The position numbers and the translations under genes are program-made. This document shows, piece by piece, positions 1-6,882 of a stretch of 7,941 nucleotides of DNA. The notes under the pieces were generated by a model. That model ran no database searches. It saw nothing but the letters and a program-made list of their open reading frames with translations, and was not told the origin of the DNA. Where the stretch lies: the NCBI GenBank assembly GCA_001179505.1, contig CDMY01000961.1, positions 1 to 7,941 of the forward strand. The letters are read 5' to 3'. This DNA comes from Vitrella brassicaformis CCMP3155. Lineage: Eukaryota; Protista; Chromerida. Numbering within the stretch: position 1 is the stretch's first letter; each line of letters starts with the position of its first letter.

Positions 1-260
1 CAAGACAGCGTGCCGCCTGTGTGCATTGCAAATTCATTTGTGTGTGACTTTATAGTGATGCGCGTGTGTGACGTCCTGTGTGTGTGGCCCGAGTGCAAAG
101 CACCGGCCGGCGTGTATCGCCTGGGCGGTCCCGTGCTCAGTAGATGAAATGATTCCTGAGCTTTCATGCGCTGTCAAGTAAGTTTTCGATTGCCTCGTTT
201 TTCTATCACCTCGCTGTATGTGCGTGTGTGTGTGGCCGACCCCTACCTACCCAACTTGGC
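1..260. repeat. Left arm of a long-range inverted repeat (partner 5226-5485); it is the 3' flank/UTR of an IRG-like GTPase gene copy on the + strand
   Basis: 1-250 is the reverse complement of 5236-5485 with 3 mismatches. 5485 lies 32 nt downstream of the predicted stop (5517) of the - strand GTPase gene. The match runs off the window start and ends at ~260. Confidence 0.95.
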
Positions 261-335
261 CGACAGGTGGGCAGAACGATGAACTCTGATGAAATAGGCC
301 ACTCATTTCCATTCCTTGGTGTGTGCTTCACTCAG

Positions 336-3145
336 TCTTGGTCTCGAGTGGCGCGGCGAGGAGGCCAGCCTTGTGGCTTACCGACCAGACGGCGAGGCCA
401 GGCACGACGAGCGTGTCTTCAGTGTGTCTGACATCACCTCATCCCGGCTCATCCTGCGTGCCTTCGCCCAAGCGGCGCACCACCGCAACGCCACGGCTGG
501 CGACGGTGCAACCATGGTCGACGTGCGGCGGATCAAGCTGCAGGCACAGCCGACGGACAAGCATGCTGTCGACAAAGGCACGAGTGCTGGTACGGGGTCC
601 AAGGGTCCGGCACATCATGACGGTGGCGGGGCGGATGTGTGTGGTGTTGGGGGCGATGACGACATGGATTGGGCTGATGACGTGTTTTCGCGTGACGGAC
701 AGCCGAGGCGCAAGGCCGGCAAGGGCAAGACCGTCAGCCGCAAACCTGCCGAGCACCAGTCAGCCGTGCAGGGCGTCCACTGGTGTGAGCGGGATCAGGC
801 CTGGCAAGCGAAGTGGCGCAGCACGAGGGACGGCAAGCAGGAGTGGAAGCAGTTCTACGTCAGGGAACATGGCTTCCACAAAGCAAAGGTACCGGCATCG
901 CATTCCAGCACCCCACCTCCATCTCACTCTCTATTTCCTCTCACGTATGGATCAGGCGTTGGCCGAGCAGCATCGTCTCGAGATGGAGCGCATTGGCCGG
1001 GCGGCGGTCAGGAGGAGAGCCAAGCATCAGAGCGGCGTCAGGGGCGTCAGGGGCGCCAGCGGACCACCCCGGCGGCCCAGCTGACGTCGATCGAAGCGGG
1101 TCGAAGGGGCTCAGCGCGAGAGAGGCTGACGTGTTCGCACACCAGCTCATCGAGAGGGCAAGACGTGAGCAGCTGGAACTCCACACATTCAACGGCCGAG
1201 GCGGGTGAGTGAGGATCGCGATCCACGTACACAAGCCCTCTGTTTACCTACCTTTTTCTCCTTGTGTGTCATGCCATCATTCAGGCTGGGTATCAACTGG
1301 CATCCGCAAGGCCACGTGTTCAGGGTCAACATCAATCGGAAGTCAAAGGGCAAGGACGTGTGTGAGTACATGACATCGCTCACGGGCCGCCCCATCCGCC
1401 GTGCCGACATCGTCAACTCATTTCGCCAGGGTGTTTTGCGCCGGAATGAGGTCTTCACTGAGGCCCTCAGCAGCGATGCTATCTTGATCGACATCAGCTG
1501 GCTCGACGACGACATGAGCGATGCCGATGGGCGCCAGGATGGGTCATCCGATGAGAGCATCCCCCTGGTGCGCAAGGGGCGAAGGAAGGGTCCATTGGTT
1601 AAGCGGCAGAGTGACGACGCGGAGGAGATCTCAGGCCCCCCGGATATCCAGAGATCCCGGGCCCCCCTCCCTTCCATTGGGGGCGGCAAGCGAGGGGCTG
1701 CTGAACACCGGTCATCCTCAGACTCAGAGTGGCTGGGCTCTTCGTCACCATCATCCGGTGGAGAGCGACGTGACAGCGACTTCCATGACGGCCGCGGCCC
1801 GTGCCCACCGTCTCGCCCCCGTCGCAAGCAAATCGTTCACCGCCACAAGCAGCCACATGGGGGGAAGGGTCTGACTGGGCTGGCGGATGGGCAGCTGCGA
1901 AACGCGCAGAGCGGCGGCATCGACGAGGTGGGGAGTGGTTCAGATGATTCGGCGCGGTGCTGGAAGTGCGGCAAGGGCGACAACGAGAAGCTTCTGCTAT
2001 TGTGTGACAACCGGGGCTGCTCTGCGGCCTACCACACCTACTGCGTCCAGCTGACAGCCGTCCCGGAGGGGCAGTGGTTCTGTCCCAAATGCACGCACAA
2101 CAGCGATGCCCTGCTGTCTGCCCCTGCCCAGCCAACGGGCACTCGTCAGACGCGTCGCATCAAAGGCCAAGGGGACCCGCCGCGTCGCCCCGCCCCCAAG
2201 CGCAAGACTGTCGACCGCAAGAGAGCGCGCGATGAGGCCGACCTGGATGGGCTCACTGGGACTGCCCTCGCCAAGGCCCTAGCGGACCGACTGATACGAC
2301 GCTTCAACGACGCCTGTCCGCCCGCCAATGGAGGGTGAGCAACACACACGACAAGGGGCAGCGACATATCTTTGCATCCTATCTTTGGCTTCTCGTCAGA
2401 GTCGGCGTCTGTATGACTTCACCGAGACGTTTCGCCGCGTACTTTGACAGCCAGGGCAAGTACCTGGGCTTCCGCAAGTTCGTCATCGATGGTCCCGACT
2501 CCCGCGGCAGCATCATCGATGCGCTCCGCCAATGTGTGGCGTACCGCAACACCATCCACCGTGACCAACTCGGCGACCGTGCGACCATTATCGACCTCTC
2601 ATGGCTCGACCGGCAGCAGCAGGGGGGCGAGGAGGAGCTGGGCCTGTCGGTGCGTGATCAATCATCCGACCGCAGCCCATCTCGGAGCACCGCCGCCGAG
2701 ATGCGGCTCTCGCCAACAGCAGCCCATCCGTAGCGGAGAGGCGGTCGAGGGCACTGAGGACCAGCAGCCCATGACACACGCCCAGCGGATGGCCCTCTGT
2801 CGTCTGTTTGGTCAAGTGGGTCACAACATTGGGGCGATGCTGGCGGCCGTCCCCTCTCTGAGCTTTGCGTCCATCGACTCGTTTGTGCGTCATGAGCTGC
2901 CGGCCATGGTGGGGCAGCGCGACGGCGAGGACATCAAGGAAGCCGCCAGTCGATTCATCAAACAGCTTCACCACCCCGGTCACCAGCACACCACACCAGC
3001 CCTGCCCAAGCCGCTCAAGGCGACAGATGACGAGCAGCTGCCGAGTGGTGGCGAGCTGGCCGACATCGACATGACGATGCGGCCGCCATCCTATCAGCGC
3101 GTCCATGTCCCCAAGACACGCGATTCGCCTCAACATGGGATGCAT
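336..3145 (+). CDS. Multi-exon ApiAP2 / AP2-like repeat / PHD-finger chromatin or transcription factor; probably a disrupted copy (no 5' exon visible, frame break at ~1045-1080)
   Basis: Predicted exons 336-888, 956-1204, 1285-2334, 2400-2649, 2720-3145. GT-AG introns 889-955 (67 nt), 1205-1284 (80), 2335-2399 (65), and tentatively 2650-2719 (70, restores frame). Encodes [15 protein letters not shown]...[14 protein letters not shown]|[11 protein letters not shown] (AP2), a C4HC3 PHD and a basic NLS-like [12 protein letters not shown]. The 3' end is uncertain. Confidence 0.72.
766..1000 (+). other. Canonical apicomplexan-type AP2 DNA-binding domain, split by a phase-0 intron (889-955)
   Basis: [55 protein letters not shown] fits the ApiAP2 pattern GVxW...WxAxW...GK..KxFxV..xGF..AK.LA...R. 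Confidence 0.88.
1958..2092 (+). other. PHD finger (C4HC3)
   Basis: CWKC...[10 protein letters not shown]...YHTYC...[11 protein letters not shown] has all eight Zn ligands with typical spacing and the conserved W before the last CxxC. Confidence 0.95.
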
Positions 3146-3171
3146 GTGTGTGTGTGTGTGTGTGTTTGTGT
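3146..3171. repeat. (TG)n microsatellite
   Basis: Near-perfect GT dinucleotide run with one interruption. Confidence 0.9.
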
Positions 3172-3197
3172 GGGGGTGGGGTGGGGGGGTGGGGGGG
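3172..3197 (+). other. G-quadruplex-forming motif G5-T-G4-T-G7-T-G7
   Basis: gggggtggggtgggggggtggggggg: four G-runs of at least 4 nt with single-T loops. Confidence 0.75.
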
Positions 3198-3457
3198 TGA
3201 CTGACTGGGTAGGTGTGGGAATGAACGATGGCAGAGAGAGGGAACGAGTACGCCACGCCCCACACACACTACTGCTGTGTGTGGTGGTGCTGGATGGATG
3301 GATGGTATACCTCTGCCTGACTGATGGCTGACTCACTCGTATGTCTGTCTGTCTGTCGGCGTCTGCTCATGTCAGTGCCTGCCTTGCTGCCTCTGTCTGC
3401 CTCGATCCTTCGTTCCCTCCTACTGTCTGGCCTCTTCCTCTCCTCCCTCTCACTCAG

Positions 3458-3514
3458 CGGCTGAGAGGACAGGACAGACAGCAGCAGAGGGGAGATGGGC
3501 AAGTACTGTACAAG
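3458..3514 (+). CDS. Possible small downstream exon of the AP2/PHD gene (RLRGQDRQQQRGDGQVLYK)
   Basis: Long pyrimidine tract ending ctcactcag (3457) and a gtaagg donor at 3515. 57 nt, phase-0 compatible with a donor at 3146. A possible last exon 3658-3789 ends in TAA. No recognisable homology. Confidence 0.35.
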
Positions 3515-3586
3515 GTAAGGCACACACACGGTGGGCAGATCGAAGTGCGAGGACGGTAGCTGGCGAGCCACTCGGCGAGCCCAAGC

Positions 3587-3610
3587 ACAGACAGACAGAC
3601 AGACAGACAG
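3587..3610. repeat. (ACAG)6 microsatellite
   Basis: acagacagacagacagacagacag. Confidence 0.9.
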
Positions 3611-4337
3611 AGATGTTGTGCTCGTGTGTGTACTGCCTGATACGACTGCGTTGACAGGATTGCGTGTGCATGCCGTGCATGGCGTCAAGAGTGTGCGTGC
3701 ACGATGAAGCCACCCATACATCCATCAAGTCGGCCGTGCACCTCCCCATCCAGCCACGAGTACAGGCAGCTGGGCCTGCAGGCATCTAACTTATTCATCG
3801 CACATCACATGAATCTGTCCAGCCAGAAAGTCATGTGCGAGCCACCACCCAAAAAGTCGCTCAGCGCGCGATCTGGACTGTAAACGACGAGATCATGATG
3901 AATCAAAGATTCGGAGACATCCAAGGGCTCTCGCAGCCATCCGAGGACTGATTGAATGAATGAGAGAAGAGACGGTTTTTCGTCGTTTTGAGTGACTTTG
4001 AGCGAGAAAAAAAGAGTCAATGGTGTTCTGAGAGGCTCCTGTGATTCATTCACGGCGAGAAATCACTCAAAAGGCGCGGACTGTATCGCTCTCCGCTAGA
4101 CACAGCTCGTCTCAAAGACAGCCCATGCACAGGCGGCAAGCAATACACACATCCAGACATCCAGGCAGACAGACAGATAGACATACCTCACGCAACGTCC
4201 TAGACACAATTATCCGTCGTGACGAGACTCTGAGACAACGCTACCTCTCGCCCCTCCCCTCCAGTCAGTGTGTGCATGTCATGTGTGTAGTGGCCGGCTG
4301 GTCGGTTTGGTGTGTGTGTCTGTGGCACTTCATTCAT

Positions 4338-4791
4338 TCATTTCATTTTGCTGGCCATGGAGACGCCCCCCTTCTTGGTGTCGATGGACACGTGCGACAG
4401 CACACGGCTGCAGCCCTTCTCCAGCAGCATCGTGTGGGCCTTCTTGACGATCTCAAGCACCTGGTCCATGCTGCCCTCCACACATGTCGCCATCTGACAC
4501 ACACAGACACACACACACAGAGCACACAGAAAGACCACACGCGTGCACACTGTTGGGTGTGTGTGTGTCTGTGAGTGTGTGGCGTCTGGTCTCACCGGTC
4601 CGACTTCTCCCTTGACTCCGCTCATGGACTTGATCATGTCGATGACCTCGTCTATCATCTTGTACTAAACCACACACACACAGCACAGAGACATGCATGT
4701 GGCGAGGGATCAGCGGAATCTCATGAGCGGTCTCTACGAGTGACTGATTGAGGGAGTGGTTGATGGGCATGATAATGAGTGTGTGTAGCAT
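4338..4791 (-). CDS. Thiamine-binding protein family (DUF77 / COG0011 / MTH1187-YqgV-like), ~92 aa, 3 exons
   Basis: Exons 4791-4738 (tentative, weak gtagag donor), 4664-4596, 4493-4338; phase-0 introns of 73 and 102 nt. Product MLHTLIIMPINHSLNQSL/YKMIDEVIDMIKSMSGVKGEVGP/MATCVEGSMDQVLEIVKKAHTMLLEKGCSRVLSHVSIDTKKGGVSMASKMK* matches the family signature EVGPMxTxxEGxxDxVxxxxKxAH...G..RV...xxID. Confidence 0.85.
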
Positions 4792-5033
4792 AGGTGGCCG
4801 CGCTGGTAGACTGGGCAAACGGATCCGTGGCGAGCAGTGTTTTCTTGATTGAGAGACCGTGAGAGTCCGTTTGTTCGTTCGTTAGTTCGTGTGCATGTAT
4901 GTGTGTCGTGAATAATAACAGAAAAACAAAGTGACTACCGTGTACCCTCCCGCACCCCGTGTGTGTGTGTGTGTGTGCAAAAAGGATTCGATGGAAAATA
5001 CAGACAGAAAGAATAACGGAAACGCAGGCAGGC

Positions 5034-5259
5034 CACACAGACCGTACACACAGATGCAGCCAAGTTGGGTAGGTAGGGGTGGGCCACACACAGACACACA
5101 CACACACACACAGACACACACAGACACACACACAGACAGACAGACAGACACACAGACAGACAGACACACAGACAGACAGACAGACACACAGACAGACAGA
5201 CACACAGACCGTACACACAGACGCAGCCAAGGTAAGTAGGTAGGGGTCGGCCACACACA
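5034..5259. repeat. 59-bp direct repeat (5034-5092 and 5201-5259) flanking a compound (CA)n/(CAGA)n microsatellite
   Basis: cacacagaccgtacacacaga[t/c]gcagccaag[ttgg/gtaa]gtaggtaggggt[g/c]ggccacacaca; 54/59 identical, offset 167 bp. Confidence 0.9.
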
Positions 5260-5485
5260 CACGCACATACAGCGAAGTGATAGGAAAACGAGGCAATCGA
5301 AAACTTACTTGACAGCGCATGAAAGCTCAGGAATCATTTCATCTACCGAGCACGGGACCGCCCAGGCGATACACGCCGGCCGGTGCTTTGCACTCGGGCC
5401 ACACACACAGGACGTCACACACGCGCATCACTATAAAGTCACACACAAATGAATTTGCAATGCACACAGGCGGCACGCTGTCTTG
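5226..5485. repeat. Right arm of the long-range inverted repeat (partner 1-260)
   Basis: Reverse complement of the window start; 3 mismatches over 250 nt. Confidence 0.95.
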
Positions 5486-5516
5486 GTGCCTGTGTGGTGT
5501 GTCTGGGTCGGTCCGT

Positions 5517-6665
5517 CTAGGCGACCATTCTGCGAGAAACAGACAGACAGACAGAGCACATACATCATCCATCTGGCGGTGCTCTGCCCTGCCCCGCCCT
5601 GCCCTGCTGACCTGCGGGCATCCCGCGACACTTCATTGGCCACGGCAGCGGAGATGTCCTGGAAGAGCCGGTAGAAGTCCCTGACGCGGAAGTCGGCGAC
5701 GTCGTGGATCCCCTTGACGTAGTTGCGGCTCGTGAGATAGATGCGCTCGGGGGGGATTTGGATTGCTGGCACGCCAGACTCTGCTGGTGGGTTTGCGGCC
5801 TTGGAGATCACATTGGCGCGGGCGGCCTCGTACGTCTGCTCAGCCGTGGGAGGCTCCTGGCCTGCGTCCTCAGCGTCGGCAATGGCGTTCTCGACGGCGT
5901 TGTCCATCTTGCTGCGCACAACGAGCACAGGGACGCGATGACGAGGGCACTCCTTGTAGATCTGACACGAGAAGACACACACGGAGACAGAGACACGGAG
6001 AGAGGGGTGACAGTCCAGAAAAGAGCCCTCCCGGTCATGTGCTGACCTTGTGGTCAATCGCGCGCAACCGATCGGCGACGACGAGCAGGACGATGGTGGC
6101 GTATCTGATCCCAATCATTCGGGGATATGTATCCTCGGGCACAAGCAACGTCCCTGCCCCTGGGCAGAAGCGACAGAGAAAGGATACACAAACTCTCCTC
6201 TGTTTCTCTGTGCCCCCCGTCTCTCTGCTTCCTTTGCCCCGTCACTGCCCGCCCACCCGGTGTGTCGATCATGATAGCCAGGTGGAAGAGTGGGCTGGCC
6301 TCGGCGAAGGTGTAGACGGTGGGTCTCTCCGTGCACTCGCCAAGAGCACTCACAGCGGCCCGCGCAACAGTGCGGTCTCCCCTGCCCAGCGCGTGGACAT
6401 TGCCGATAACTTGCATGAGCAGGTTGATCAGCTTCGACTTGCCGGTGCCGCAGGCCCCGCAGATCATCACCTGTGCCCTGTTCGGGTGATCCTTCATGGC
6501 CTGCTTCTGGTACTCGGTCCTCGGATAGTCCTGCTCGAACTTGCGCTTCCTCTCCTTTTCCTCGGCGAGGGCCTTGCGGGCTCCCTCATCTTGCGCGGCA
6601 AACAATTGTTGCTCGTGACGGCGCTGCAGGTCTGCCTCGTTCTGATGACGATTGGGTTTCGCCAT
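5517..6665 (-). CDS. IRG / interferon-inducible GTPase (IIGP)-like P-loop GTPase, copy A: catalytic motifs intact, N-terminally truncated, ~294 aa
   Basis: Exons 6665-6257, 6159-6047, 5961-5612, 5529-5517 (885 nt, in frame, TAG); GT-AG introns of 97, 85 and 82 nt. G1 GACGTGKS, G2 ECTERPT, G3 DTPG|AGTLLVPEDTY, G4 VRSKMD. The segment DTPGAGT..P.DTY..MIG.RY...VLLVVA.R....D..I.K......V..VRSKMD parallels the IRG core (DLPGxG...P..Y......Y......S.RF...D...K.......FVRTKxD). Start codon uncertain because the frame stays open upstream. Confidence 0.85.
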
Positions 6666-6675
6666 CTCTACGGCC
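5754..6675. repeat. Left arm of the inner inverted repeat (partner 7011-7941)
   Basis: 5754-6644 pairs with 7051-7941 without indels (coordinate sum 13695); 50 mismatches in 891 nt. Weaker homology with a 9-nt indel extends to 6675/7011. Confidence 0.97.
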
Positions 6676-6733
6676 CGTCCGAGCCGCGAGTTTCCCGGAA
6701 TGCCTTCATTGCGAGCTTTTCTCCGGGCTAGCA

Positions 6734-6772
6734 GCTCGGGATCGCACCATGGGATGCATGGCGATCCCGAGC
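6734..6772. promoter_or_regulatory. GC-rich hairpin/palindrome in the intergenic spacer of the divergent GTPase pair (candidate bidirectional promoter element)
   Basis: gctcgggatcgc-ac-catg-ggatg-catg-gcgatcccgagc: 12-bp perfect outer stem plus 4-bp inner stem, 2-nt bulge, 5-nt loop. Function is inferred from position only. Confidence 0.5.
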
Positions 6773-6882
6773 GCCGTTGTGATGGATCCCGAGCCGCACT
6801 GTACTGTACGCTCGCAATCTTCTTTCTTTCCGCTTTCCGCCGAGTTTCTTTTTCTTCGTTTCTCTTCGCTTCTTTCCGCACT

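Noticed and set aside
2650-2733. Apparent frameshift and premature TAG at 2731 in the AP2/PHD gene
   Set aside because: A 70-nt gtgcgt...caacag intron (2650-2719) restores the frame, so it is not counted as a lesion; RNA data would settle it.
3458-3514. GDGQVLYK as the start of a chromodomain
   Set aside because: The expected following V.W.G strand is not found in any plausible next exon.
3805-3950. Minus-strand ORF segment VLGWLREPLDVSESLIHHDLVVYSPDRALSDFLGGGSHMTFWLDRFM after an acceptor-like ttcaatcag
   Set aside because: No recognisable family and no linked upstream exon; could be UTR or an orphan exon.
3986-4072. 10-bp inverted repeat ttttgagtga / tcactcaaaa
   Set aside because: Short, AT-rich, 67-nt spacer, no target-site duplication; compatible with chance, not a supportable MITE.
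4721-5320. Several ORFs rich in CV/TH/QTD repeats
   Set aside because: Translations of (TG)n/(CAGA)n microsatellites, not proteins.
1-5485. Outer inverted repeats as terminal inverted repeats of a DNA transposon
   Set aside because: No transposase or integrase is visible, and the repeat is the 3' flank of the GTPase gene.
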